Below are positions 48,790 through 58,989 of a DNA stretch of 64,000 bases, piece by piece. The stretch lies in NCBI GenBank assembly GCA_030603385.1, contig JAUVXW010000004.1:1-64000 (forward strand). Direction: 5' to 3'. The stretch is from Promethearchaeota archaeon. GTDB lineage: Archaea; Asgardarchaeota; Lokiarchaeia; Sigyniarchaeales; SOKP01. The notes below the pieces were generated by a model, which had not been told where the DNA came from, made no database searches, and saw only the letters and a program-made list of their open reading frames with translations. Position 1 is the first letter of the stretch. Every line of letters begins with the position of its first letter. Both the position numbers and the translations under genes were made by a program.

Positions 48790-50067
48790 ATGAGGGAATA
48801 TTATATGAATCGCGAATTAAAAAGTTGTGAGACAACAGATTCATTTGCGTGTGAAGATTACAAAGAAAAAGAACCTAAGATGTGTGAACTTGACCAATCT
48901 AAGACTTATAAAGGATTAGTTGGAATTTATGTAGATGAAAGTACTATAACCTATATTGATGGACTTAAAGGAGAATTATACTATCGAGGTTATCCTTTAC
49001 ATGATTTAGTTGATAATTCTTCATTTGAAGAAGTTGCATATCTGTTAATATATGGAAAGTTACCTTCGAAATCAGAATTTGAAGCTTTTAATGATGAATT
49101 AATTAAGGAACGAAATATACATGATAATATTTTAACAATTTTAAAAAGCTATCCAAGAAATACTACTAGAATAGAGTTATTAAGAACTTCAGTTTCCGCA
49201 TTATCTCTTTATGACCCAGATGATTATGACTTTTCAGAAGAAGCAAATATTAGGAAAGGTATAAGAATAATCGCGAAAATTCCAACAGTTTTAGCTTTTT
49301 CTCACAGAATTCAGAGTAATCTGCCTTTAATAGAACCTTCAGAAGACCTCTCTCATGCATGTAATTATTATTATATGATGACAGGAGAGGTTCCCAATAA
49401 TGAATTTACTCGTTATTTTGATAAAATATTAATTTGTCACATGGATCACTCGATCAACAGTAGCACTTTCTCCTGTAGGGTTACTGTCTCAACTTTGTCA
49501 GATATGTATAGCGGTATAACAAGTGCCATTGGAACACTTCGAGGGCCTCTTCATGGGGGTGCCAACGAAAGAGTAATAAACTCAATGTTGGGAGAAGTAA
49601 AGAAAATAGAAAATGTTACCCCTTGGGCAAAATCTAAGTTGGAAAACAAAGAAAAGATAATGGGTTTTGGGCACCGAGTTTATAAGACATGGGATCCCCG
49701 AGCTAAAATCTTGCGTGATATAGCTAGGGAATTATGGAATAATCCTGAAATCGTGGAGAAGATTCCAGATTTACAACATGAAGAACATAAAGGTGATATA
49801 GATAATATTTTTGAAATGACAGAAATACTTACAGATTTTATGATCAAAACCAAAAATATTTATCCAAACGTCGATCTATATTCTGCTGGTGCCTTACATG
49901 CATTAGGAATACCTACAGCATTATTTACACCTTTGTTCGCTGCTTCTAGAAGTGCTGGGTGGGTAGCTCATGCCATAGAGCAACTTTCCGACAATAAACT
50001 GATCAGACCACGACTTCGATATGTGGGCGACCTAGATAAGAATTATATTGGTATTGAGAAGAGATAA
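48790..50067 (+). CDS. gltA: Citrate synthase (Si type)
   Basis: GL.G....S.I..IDG..GEL.YRGY, H.DH..N.STF, GPLHGGANE, MGFGHRVYK..DPRA, YPNVD.YS, R..GW.AH, RPR. Confidence 0.93.
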   Translation: MREYYMNRELKSCETTDSFACEDYKEKEPKMCELDQSKTYKGLVGIYVDESTITYIDGLKGELYYRGYPLHDLVDNSSFEEVAYLLIYGKLPSKSEFEAFNDELIKERNIHDNILTILKSYPRNTTRIELLRTSVSALSLYDPDDYDFSEEANIRKGIRIIAKIPTVLAFSHRIQSNLPLIEPSEDLSHACNYYYMMTGEVPNNEFTRYFDKILICHMDHSINSSTFSCRVTVSTLSDMYSGITSAIGTLRGPLHGGANERVINSMLGEVKKIENVTPWAKSKLENKEKIMGFGHRVYKTWDPRAKILRDIARELWNNPEIVEKIPDLQHEEHKGDIDNIFEMTEILTDFMIKTKNIYPNVDLYSAGALHALGIPTALFTPLFAASRSAGWVAHAIEQLSDNKLIRPRLRYVGDLDKNYIGIEKR

Positions 50068-50082
50068 TGCATAACTGATAAA

Positions 50083-52761
50083 GTGGAAAGAATGGATGAA
50101 GCAGAAATTAAATTAAAAGTCAAAGAAATAATCAAATCAAAATTAGGAAATATTTCAATTTTTAATATTCAAAGACTAAAAGATTTAGATTTAGGAGATC
50201 CAAACAAATTACCCTATTCTCATAAGATTTTACTTGAAAATTTTTTAAGAAATTTAGACGGTAAGCGGGTTAAAACAGATCACTTGCTTTCACTTTGCCA
50301 ATGGGATTGTAAAAGCAAAATCATGAGTGAGGTTCCCTTTATTCCATCGAGAGTTCTCCTTCAAGATTTTACCGGAGTTCCCTCCGTAGTAGATTTAGCA
50401 GCTTTAAGATCAGCCATAAAAAGAGCAGACGGAGACCCATCTAAAATTAACCCATTAATTCCCGTAGATTTAGTTATTGATCACTCTATACAAGTTGATT
50501 ATTATGGGACTAAGGACGCTATAAAATTAAATGAAAAAAAAGAGATGGAGCGCAATCGTGAACGATATACACTACTAAAATGGGCGCAAGAAGTATTCCA
50601 TAACTTTAGAGTAGTACCTATGAGCCGAGGGATTTGTCATCAAGTTAATTTAGAATATTTGGCTTCAGTGATTCACGTTAGAGAAGAAAATGGCGAATTA
50701 ATAGGATTTCCTGACACTTTGGTTGGAACTGATTCTCATACTACAATGATAAATGGTTTATCCGTCCTAGGATGGGGTGTAGGGGGTATAGAAGCCGAAG
50801 CCGTAATTTTAGGTCAACCTTATTATATGAATATACCAAAAGTTGTGGGAGCAAAACTAATAGGGGAAATTAAAGAAGGAATAACTGCAACTGATATTGT
50901 TTTAAATATCACTCAAATTCTTAGAAATCATGGTGTTGTAGGAAAATTCGTAGAATTTTATGGTCCTAGCTTAAAAAAACTTTGTCTTGCTGATCGAGCA
51001 ACTATAGCAAATATGTCTCCAGAATATGGGGCAACAATGGGATTTTTCCCTATTACTGAGGAAACACTGAAATATTTGATAGATAGTGGAAGAAAAAAAG
51101 AACATGTAGATTTTGTAGAACAATACGCAAAAAAAGTAGGACTTTTCTATACAGAAAATGCCCCTATACCAGATTATAGTGAAAATTTGGAAATAAATTT
51201 AAGTGATATTAATCCAAGTCTAGCGGGTCCAAAACGACCTCAAGATCGAATTCCCTTAAAGGAGATGAAACGTGCTTTTATTAATGATATGAAAAAAGTA
51301 TTTGATAAAAAAGAAGATCTTGAGAATATTTCTAATGGAAAGGATTTAAATCATGGTTCCGTTGTTATAGCTGCAATTACTTCTTGTACTAATACATCGA
51401 ATCCATCTGTCATGATTGGGGCTGGACTTTTAGCAAGAAATGCTCTTGAAAAAGGCTTAAAAGTCAAAAGTTTTGTAAAAACAAGTTTTGCCCCTGGATC
51501 TCGAGTGGTTATTGATTACTTAAATGATGCAGGATTAATGCCATATTTAGAAGAATTGGGCTTTAATCTGGTAGGTTATGGTTGTACTACTTGTATTGGA
51601 AATAGTGGTCCTTTGAAAGATGAATTTGTAAAGGATATTAAAAATAATGATTTGGTTGCAACATCAGTTCTTAGTGGAAATAGAAATTTTGAGGGGCGTA
51701 TCAGTCCTCATGTTAAGGCAAACTATCTCGCGTCTCCACCTTTAGTTGTGGCTTTTGCTTTAGCAGGTACTGTAGCAATAAACATGGAAGAAGATCCATT
51801 AGGTTTCGATCCAGAGGGAAATCCTGTTTATTTAAGAGATATATGGCCAAATTCAGAAGAGATTTCCGAGTTAAGTGATAAATTTGTTACCTCAAAGTTA
51901 TTTAATAAAGAATATGAAGAAATCTTCAAAGGATGGGGGTTGTGGAATGAACTCAAACCACCAAAAGAAGAAATTTATCATTGGGATGAAGACTCATCTT
52001 ACATACGAGAACCTCCCTTCTTTATAAATTTTCCATTAGTAGAGCCCCCTTTGAATGATATAAAAGATTCAAGAGTCTTAGCATTGTTAGGTGTTTCGGT
52101 TACAACTGATCACATATCTCCTGCAGGGGCAATCCCTAAAGATATGCCTGCTGGAAATTATCTTATTTCAAGGGGAATAAATGTGAAAGATTTTAACTCA
52201 TTTGGGTCTAGACGAGGAAACCACGAGGTTATGATGCGGGGCACATTTGGAAACATTAGAATAAAAAATAAGTTAGTTGAGAAAGAAGGGGGATGGACAA
52301 AGGATTTTCTTTCTGATGAGATTGTTCCACTATATAATGCTGCAATGGATTATATTTCAAAAGATATTCCATTAATAGTTCTGGCTGGGAAAGATTACGG
52401 TATGGGAAGTTCTCGGGATTGGGCGGCGAAAGGTACACAACTTTTAGGTGTTAAAGCTGTTATTGCAGAATCATTTGAAAGGATTCATAGAAGTAATCTT
52501 GTAGGGATGGGTGTTTTACCGTTACAATTCATAGGAAGTGAGAATACTGAATCTTTGGGCATAGATGGAACTGAAGTGTTTGATATTGTTGGAATTAAAG
52601 ATATTAAACCCTTCTCTGAAGTGGAAGTTACAGCTAGGAAAAGTAATGGTGAAGAAACAAAATTTAAAGCATTAGTACGCCTTGATAGTGCGGTTGATAT
52701 TGAGTATTATCAAAATGGTGGAATATTACATACTGTCTTAAGAAAGATGTTAAAGAATTAA
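50083..52761 (+). CDS. acnA: Aconitate hydratase A (AcnA/IRP family)
   Basis: QDFTGVP, DHS.QVD, GTDSHT, SCTNTSNP, GYGCTTCIGNSG, TTDHISPAG, GSSRDWAAKG. Confidence 0.96.
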   Translation: MERMDEAEIKLKVKEIIKSKLGNISIFNIQRLKDLDLGDPNKLPYSHKILLENFLRNLDGKRVKTDHLLSLCQWDCKSKIMSEVPFIPSRVLLQDFTGVPSVVDLAALRSAIKRADGDPSKINPLIPVDLVIDHSIQVDYYGTKDAIKLNEKKEMERNRERYTLLKWAQEVFHNFRVVPMSRGICHQVNLEYLASVIHVREENGELIGFPDTLVGTDSHTTMINGLSVLGWGVGGIEAEAVILGQPYYMNIPKVVGAKLIGEIKEGITATDIVLNITQILRNHGVVGKFVEFYGPSLKKLCLADRATIANMSPEYGATMGFFPITEETLKYLIDSGRKKEHVDFVEQYAKKVGLFYTENAPIPDYSENLEINLSDINPSLAGPKRPQDRIPLKEMKRAFINDMKKVFDKKEDLENISNGKDLNHGSVVIAAITSCTNTSNPSVMIGAGLLARNALEKGLKVKSFVKTSFAPGSRVVIDYLNDAGLMPYLEELGFNLVGYGCTTCIGNSGPLKDEFVKDIKNNDLVATSVLSGNRNFEGRISPHVKANYLASPPLVVAFALAGTVAINMEEDPLGFDPEGNPVYLRDIWPNSEEISELSDKFVTSKLFNKEYEEIFKGWGLWNELKPPKEEIYHWDEDSSYIREPPFFINFPLVEPPLNDIKDSRVLALLGVSVTTDHISPAGAIPKDMPAGNYLISRGINVKDFNSFGSRRGNHEVMMRGTFGNIRIKNKLVEKEGGWTKDFLSDEIVPLYNAAMDYISKDIPLIVLAGKDYGMGSSRDWAAKGTQLLGVKAVIAESFERIHRSNLVGMGVLPLQFIGSENTESLGIDGTEVFDIVGIKDIKPFSEVEVTARKSNGEETKFKALVRLDSAVDIEYYQNGGILHTVLRKMLKN

Positions 52762-52863
52762 CATTTTTCTTTTACCTTGTTATATAAAAAAAGTTTAATT
52801 TTTACTATATTAATTATCTAAATATAATTCTATAATTAGGGCAAATAAAAAAGAGAAAAAATG

Positions 52864-53385
52864 TTAAGGATTTTGTTTTTGATTTTTCATAGCAAGCCCC
52901 ATCTTGCGCCAAGATTGCCTTCCGAGCTCCCACATTTTTCCCTGAGTATTTTCCCCTTTTAGTTCGCGCCCAATCCACTTTTGTCCGGCTGGAACATTTT
53001 TTCCCATGCCAACAAAAGAGGTGGCTCCAACCATGGCATCATCTTCAACGGTCACTGTTATCATCAATACTGATTGTATACCTACAACAGTATTATTTTT
53101 AACTGTTGCGCCGTGAACAATAGCACCAAAACCTATTAAATTATTATCTCCAATGGTAGTTTTAAATCCTTCAGCAGTATTTATAATACAAGCATCTTGA
53201 AACACATTTTTAGCCCCGATCTCAACCTTCGCAAAATCCCCACGCATTATTACTCCCTGGTAAACAACATTATCTGGACCCAATGTAACATCACCAACAA
53301 TCCACGCAGATTCAGAAATCCAACACGAGGGATCGATGGTTGGAGTTTTAGCCTTCCCATCAATTTCAATTGAAATAATTGGCAT
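52864..53385 (-). CDS. Gamma-carbonic-anhydrase-like left-handed beta-helix protein lacking two metal-ligand His
   Basis: A.IVGDV.LG, MRGD...V.IG...QD, VHGA.V hexapeptide repeats. The expected His positions read N (QDACIIN) and F (IGFGA). Confidence 0.8.
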   Translation of the reverse strand: MPIISIEIDGKAKTPTIDPSCWISESAWIVGDVTLGPDNVVYQGVIMRGDFAKVEIGAKNVFQDACIINTAEGFKTTIGDNNLIGFGAIVHGATVKNNTVVGIQSVLMITVTVEDDAMVGATSFVGMGKNVPAGQKWIGRELKGENTQGKMWELGRQSWRKMGLAMKNQKQNP

Positions 53386-53518
53386 AATATCTTTAAAATT
53401 CTATTTTATAAAAAGTTAAAGTTAGTTCTATGTGTTATTAGTTTAGCCTTTCTATTTGTAAATGTTTAAATGTATATTTTTAAACTATTTTATTACAAAG
53501 TACTTTGTTGAGTTATCT

Positions 53519-55162
53519 ATGTCTGAAACAGGGTTAAAAATATTTAAACTCAATTTTGATGGGTCTTTCAATGAGATTTCTTATGAAAATATAAAAGATG
53601 TTTTTACAATTGTAAACATCTTAGCTATTTATGTGTCCCAAAAGAAAACAATGTATATCTGGATAGGACGCAATGCAACTCAAGCTTTAAAAAATCATAT
53701 TTCAAATATCCGAGTGTTAGTGAAAGAAGAATTTCCTGACTTTCGTATTATTCGTAATTTTACATTTGAAATGAGGGATGAGCCATTTGAATTTTTCCAG
53801 AATTTAAATATATCTAAAGAAGAACTGTATAAAATCATTGATTATCAAGAAAAGGTGATGTTGCCTACCTTAAAGAAAATAGATACATTAAAAACTAAAT
53901 TGGAAAGTCTTATTGATACAGAAGACTATGCCAATGCTATTAAAATATCAGAAGAGATCATTGTGTTAGCAAATCAAATCGATGATAATGCAGTTTTAAC
54001 AGAGCAAAAAAGATTAATAACTGAAATTAAGTTAAAAAATGAAGATAAGCAAATTATCGATGAAATTTCAGAAAAAACATCCACCGTTGATAAAGAATTT
54101 TCTAAATTAATTAAAGCAAAAGAGTTTTTAAAAGCACATCAGTTGGTAGAAGAATTTGAAAAGAGCTTCAGTACTACATATGATTTATCGGCAATACCTA
54201 TAGCTAAGGATTTATTATCAAGAGAAAAGAAAATATGGAAAAAAGAACAAGACCGATTAATAAAATCACTAAATAAGTTAGAGAACGACCTTTTTCTGGC
54301 ACTGAGGAATCTCGAAATCGAAACAGCACTCAACTTATTGGAAAGAGGGAAAGCATTTTTCTTGAATCTTATTAATGAAGAAGTTAAATTGAAATGGAAG
54401 AGATTTGAAACCGATATTCAGATTGCGAAGCAGAAGGTTGAGCTCATCAAAGTCTGCGATAATTTCATTATTGAGTATGTTAAATTAAAAGATAAATTTC
54501 AATTTAACACAATAACTACAAAATTAGGTAGTTTACTCACAAAGGTTCAAAAATTAAAAATTACTGATTATAAGAAGAAATTAGAAGATATTAATAAAGA
54601 AATCAATTCCGCTGAAGACTCTTATAATAAAAAATTAGCAGAAATTGCTGAATTAGAGAAAAAAATAAAATCCAACCAAAAGAACAATCTTTTAGATGAT
54701 ACCTTAAAAAATTGTCAAAGTATTATTAAGCTTGTTAAGTCCATAAATAAGTTAGATTTAGAAGAAAAATACTCTGCAATTTTAATTCAAACCGAGGAAG
54801 CAATTGAAAATAAAAGAATCTTTGAGGAAAAACAAGAAAACTTAAAAGAAGAGCTCACTCAATTAGAAAAAGTGTTTGGTTCTTCACTAAAACGTATGGA
54901 TATAGCCAAAACAGGAGAAATAATTGAGAAATCAAAAATTTTTCTTGTTGAACTTGTTGATGATAAAACAAAAGAGAAGTGGAATGCGTTAGAAAAAAAA
55001 TTTAAGTTAACTAAAAATCTCATTCAAAATGTTGAAAATTTAAGTAGAAACGGGATCACGGCTTTAGAATCGAAATCATATAAAGATTCCCTTAATAATT
55101 ATGAACAGATTATAAATCTAATTCAAGGATACACCAAACAAATACAAGGAAAGGTGGGATAA
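53519..55162 (+). CDS. Gelsolin-like N-terminal domain fused to a long helical-repeat region
   Basis: ILAIY......MYIWIG.NA....K...........EP.EFF gelsolin-like unit, then about 430 aa of charged helical repeats. The likely start is M20 of the listed ORF. Confidence 0.7.
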   Translation: MSETGLKIFKLNFDGSFNEISYENIKDVFTIVNILAIYVSQKKTMYIWIGRNATQALKNHISNIRVLVKEEFPDFRIIRNFTFEMRDEPFEFFQNLNISKEELYKIIDYQEKVMLPTLKKIDTLKTKLESLIDTEDYANAIKISEEIIVLANQIDDNAVLTEQKRLITEIKLKNEDKQIIDEISEKTSTVDKEFSKLIKAKEFLKAHQLVEEFEKSFSTTYDLSAIPIAKDLLSREKKIWKKEQDRLIKSLNKLENDLFLALRNLEIETALNLLERGKAFFLNLINEEVKLKWKRFETDIQIAKQKVELIKVCDNFIIEYVKLKDKFQFNTITTKLGSLLTKVQKLKITDYKKKLEDINKEINSAEDSYNKKLAEIAELEKKIKSNQKNNLLDDTLKNCQSIIKLVKSINKLDLEEKYSAILIQTEEAIENKRIFEEKQENLKEELTQLEKVFGSSLKRMDIAKTGEIIEKSKIFLVELVDDKTKEKWNALEKKFKLTKNLIQNVENLSRNGITALESKSYKDSLNNYEQIINLIQGYTKQIQGKVG

Positions 55163-55163
55163 G

Positions 55164-56117
55164 TTGACTGAAGGAGAAGTAAAACCAATAAAGGAAAAAG
55201 AAGAAAAACGAAAAATAAAACTCATTTCGCAAATTGATGACTTACTTGCGATTCAAGGTCAATGCTATATGAAAGGGCAGTTAAAGGAGGCATTAGATCT
55301 AGCAGATAATATAATAGAGTTAGCAGAAACAGAAAACTTAGAATCATTCATAAGGGAACAAGAAGATTTAAAAGCAAGAATAAAGGGGATATTAAAAAAG
55401 AGAGAAGAAGAGAAACGAGGACAATTAATTGGGCAAATAAAATCTGAATTAGCAAAATTAGAAGTTGATTTTAATAAAGCCTTTAAAGTAGAGGATTTCT
55501 CGAGAGTAGAGTTAATTTTAAATAATGCTAAAAAACCCCTTTTTGAACTTAGTGATGAGAAGGCTAGCTTGAAATGGAGAAAGTTTGAGAATGAATATAT
55601 AGATACCAAGGCAAGAAAAGGAATAATTAAGCAAGTATTGAAATTAATTAAAGAAAGTTCAGAATTAAAATCGAATTTTCAATTTGAAGACTTAAAACTG
55701 AGGTTAACTTATTTAATAGAACAGGTTCAAGATAAAGACATCAAGGATTATTTAGAGAAATTAAGAGAGATCGAAAAAGAAACTATTGCAGCAGAAGATT
55801 CCTACAAAAATACTCAAAACAAAATAAAACAAATTTCAGAAAAAATTACTGTTGAGAGAGAAAGAAAAGAATTTCAATCAGCGATAAAAAACTGTGAAGA
55901 GCTTATTAAACTTGCCAAATCAATTAATAAGAAAGATAAAGTAGAAAAATATTCAGCTATTATAACAGAACTTAAAACTGACCTTGAATTTGAAGAATTA
56001 AAAGAATCTATCAGAAAGCTAAATGATCATGGATTAGGCTCTCTAAAAAATGGTAAAATTCAAACTTCAATTGAAAAATTCAAACAAATTAAGGACGCCT
56101 TAAACAAATACGTATAA
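55164..56117 (+). CDS. Helical-repeat protein, paralog of the C-terminal part of the upstream gene
   Basis: Shared blocks: LKWKRFE/LKWRKFE, I.DY..KL..I.KE...AEDSY, KNC..IKL.KSINK.D..EKYSAI. Confidence 0.75.
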   Translation: MTEGEVKPIKEKEEKRKIKLISQIDDLLAIQGQCYMKGQLKEALDLADNIIELAETENLESFIREQEDLKARIKGILKKREEEKRGQLIGQIKSELAKLEVDFNKAFKVEDFSRVELILNNAKKPLFELSDEKASLKWRKFENEYIDTKARKGIIKQVLKLIKESSELKSNFQFEDLKLRLTYLIEQVQDKDIKDYLEKLREIEKETIAAEDSYKNTQNKIKQISEKITVERERKEFQSAIKNCEELIKLAKSINKKDKVEKYSAIITELKTDLEFEELKESIRKLNDHGLGSLKNGKIQTSIEKFKQIKDALNKYV

Positions 56118-56194
56118 GTAAGTATTAAATATCCATCATTTGCCATATAACTCAATTAAATAAAAAAAAAGAATTAAAAAATTTTATTGGTTTA

Positions 56195-58120
56195 TTAAGC
56201 ATGTTTTTGCTTAATATGAGGTAATTTACCACCAGCTTTTAAAACTTCAATTTCAGTTTCGCTCAAAGAATGCGTCAATGGAATGTCAATATTTTTACTT
56301 AGATTTTTCAGTATTACCTTTCCAGTTTGTAATGTTGTTAAGTCAATTTCGAAATTATCTCCTTGTTCAATTCTATTATAATCATCCTTATTTGCGAACG
56401 TTAAAGGTACAATTCCAAAATTCACGAGATTAGCTAAATGAATACGAGCAAAAGATTTAACGATTACTGCTTTAAGACCTAAATATTTTGGAGCAATTGC
56501 GGCATGTTCTCGACTTGAGCCCTGACCATAGTTTTCCCCTCCTACTATAAAACCCCCATTTCTTTCTAATGATCTATCATGAAAGGATTCATCTACATCA
56601 ATGAAAACAAACTTACTTATTTCTGGAATATTGCTCCTTAAAGGAAGTATCTTAGCTCCTGCCGGCATTATATGGTCTGTGGTAATATCATCCTCAACTT
56701 TTAGCAGAACTTCTCCTTCTAACTTTTCTGGTAAAGGATTAAGTTCAGGTAATGGTTTAATATTAGGCCCCCTTACGATTATAACATCTTTAGCCCTTTC
56801 AGGAGGTAAAGGTGGAATTATCATATTATCGTTTACTATAAACTTCTTTGGCATGTCGATTTTAGGAGGTTTTCCGATTGATCTTGGATCTGTTAATTTT
56901 CCAGCAAGAACAGAGGCGGCAGCAGTTTCAGGACTTACTAGATATGCTTGAGCACTTCTCGTTCCTGATCTACCTAGAAAATTCCGATTAAATGTTCTTA
57001 ATGTAACAGCATCAGTTTTAGGTGCAAGTCCCATACCAATACAAGGACCACATGCATTTTCTAATATTCTTGCACCTGATTCAACTAAATAAGCCATCTC
57101 ACCTGATTTTATCATATGATCTACTACTTGCCGAGATCCTGGAGAAACTGTAAGAACTGTGTTTTCACTAATAGTTTTTCCTTTCATAATATTAGCGACT
57201 ACTTTTAAATCTCTTAACGAGGAGTTAGTACAGGATCCAATGCACACTTGATCAACAACTAATCCCTCAATTTCTTTCACAGATTTTACATTACCAGGAC
57301 TATGAGGTTCAGCAATAAGAGGTTCAAGATCATCTAAATTTATCTCTATTCTTTCATCATATTCAGCATCGTTATCAGGTACTAAAGACACCCATTGATC
57401 TCCTCTTTCTTGAGCTTCTAAAAATTCTTTAGTAATATCGTCAGAAGGAAAAATCGAAGTAGTTGCGCCAGTTTCTGTTCCCATATTCGTAATTGTCCCT
57501 CGTTCTGGAACAGTCAAAGTTTTTATTCCTGGTCCAGTATACTCTAAAACTTTATTAACTGCCCCTTTAACACCTATCCTTCTTAATACTTCTAGAATAA
57601 TATCTTTAGCTGAAACGTAATCAGGCAATTTGCCTGTAAGATACACATTAACAACCTTTGGCATTTTTAGTCGGAAAGCTTCACCTGCCATAGCGGCAGC
57701 TACATCAAGACCTCCTGCTCCAATTGCAATTGATCCTACTCCACCTCCTGTTGGAGTATGACTATCGCTCCCTAGTAGTGCCTTTCCAGGTCTTGCGAAT
57801 CTTTCTAAATGAACTTGATGACATATTCCATTTCCTGGGCGTGAAAAATAAAGTCCATATTTAGCAGCAATGCTTTGGAGGTATCTATGATCATCTGGAT
57901 TCTTAAAATCTGTTTGTAAAGTATTATGGTCAACATAGCTTACAGATAATTCTGTTCGTACACGATCAATACCAATAGCTTCAAATTGTAAGTAAGCCAT
58001 AGTGCCTGTTGCATCTTGAGTCAACGTTTGATCGATCTTTATTGCGATATCAGTGCCTTTTTCGAGTTTACCTTCAATTAAATGTTGTTCTATTATTTTT
58101 TCAGTTAGAGTTTTTCCCAT
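56195..58120 (-). CDS. Second aconitase, short (about 640 aa) type common in anaerobes
   Basis: QDATGT, DHN, GSDSHT, GSCTN, CGPCIG, TFNRNF.GR, TTDHI.PAG, GSSREHAA. Confidence 0.88.
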   Translation of the reverse strand: MGKTLTEKIIEQHLIEGKLEKGTDIAIKIDQTLTQDATGTMAYLQFEAIGIDRVRTELSVSYVDHNTLQTDFKNPDDHRYLQSIAAKYGLYFSRPGNGICHQVHLERFARPGKALLGSDSHTPTGGGVGSIAIGAGGLDVAAAMAGEAFRLKMPKVVNVYLTGKLPDYVSAKDIILEVLRRIGVKGAVNKVLEYTGPGIKTLTVPERGTITNMGTETGATTSIFPSDDITKEFLEAQERGDQWVSLVPDNDAEYDERIEINLDDLEPLIAEPHSPGNVKSVKEIEGLVVDQVCIGSCTNSSLRDLKVVANIMKGKTISENTVLTVSPGSRQVVDHMIKSGEMAYLVESGARILENACGPCIGMGLAPKTDAVTLRTFNRNFLGRSGTRSAQAYLVSPETAAASVLAGKLTDPRSIGKPPKIDMPKKFIVNDNMIIPPLPPERAKDVIIVRGPNIKPLPELNPLPEKLEGEVLLKVEDDITTDHIMPAGAKILPLRSNIPEISKFVFIDVDESFHDRSLERNGGFIVGGENYGQGSSREHAAIAPKYLGLKAVIVKSFARIHLANLVNFGIVPLTFANKDDYNRIEQGDNFEIDLTTLQTGKVILKNLSKNIDIPLTHSLSETEIEVLKAGGKLPHIKQKHA

Positions 58121-58322
58121 TTTAATCAAATTCGAGTAAGTTATTGAATATAAGTAGATACAAAAAGTAATGAAAATAAATTTTACTTTAATTTTTAAAA
58201 AAAGAAGAAATTTAATTAAAAAAAATGTTGGAATTTATAGTGCTGTAGGGGTTATAGAAAAAGATATAATCTACAACAAATTTAAATAATTATAATCAAG
58301 TTAAACTATAAGAGTTGAAACC

Positions 58323-58859
58323 ATGAGAGAAGATTTAGAACCACTTACTAAAGGGGAATTATTAGATTACATCGAAGACATCTCCAAAAACTGGCTTGCA
58401 ATCGATGGTACTTGGTTTCAAGCAGTTGAAAAAGAATTTGGCCTTGACAAGGCTATTGAGCTTGATATAGAACAATGGAAAAGATTTACTATAATTGAAG
58501 CGAAAAGAATTAAGAATCGATTCAAAATTCCCGAAAATGGGGGAATTCCCGCTTTAATCCAGGCATTAAAATATAGAGTATATGCAAATATTAACATACA
58601 AGAATTTGTTGAGGTATCTGAAATCCGGTGCGTGTTTAGGATGAAGAATTGTCGTGTACAGTATGCTAGGAAAAGTAGAGGGCTTCCAGACTTCCCATGT
58701 AAATTACTTGGTATACAAGAATATTCACTTTTTGCACAAACAATAGATCCTAGAATTAAAACAAATTGTATAACATGTCCACCAGACCCTCATCCTGAAA
58801 ATTATTGGTGTGCGTGGGAGTTCATACTAGTAGAAGACAACGATTCACAAAAATATTAA
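58323..58859 (+). CDS. DUF6125-like protein
   Basis: KNWLAIDG.WFQAVE..FG...A, CRVQ.AR...GL..FPC, C..CPPD.HP...WC.WEF. Confidence 0.7.
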   Translation: MREDLEPLTKGELLDYIEDISKNWLAIDGTWFQAVEKEFGLDKAIELDIEQWKRFTIIEAKRIKNRFKIPENGGIPALIQALKYRVYANINIQEFVEVSEIRCVFRMKNCRVQYARKSRGLPDFPCKLLGIQEYSLFAQTIDPRIKTNCITCPPDPHPENYWCAWEFILVEDNDSQKY

Positions 58860-58989
58860 GTTATATTAGATTTAAAAAGCGAATTATCTTATTCCTATAA
58901 TAACAAGCCAATAATTTATTAGAATTGGATTACTAACAAAATTATCAATAAATATTATAATTCAATTAATCATAATAAAATGAAATAAA

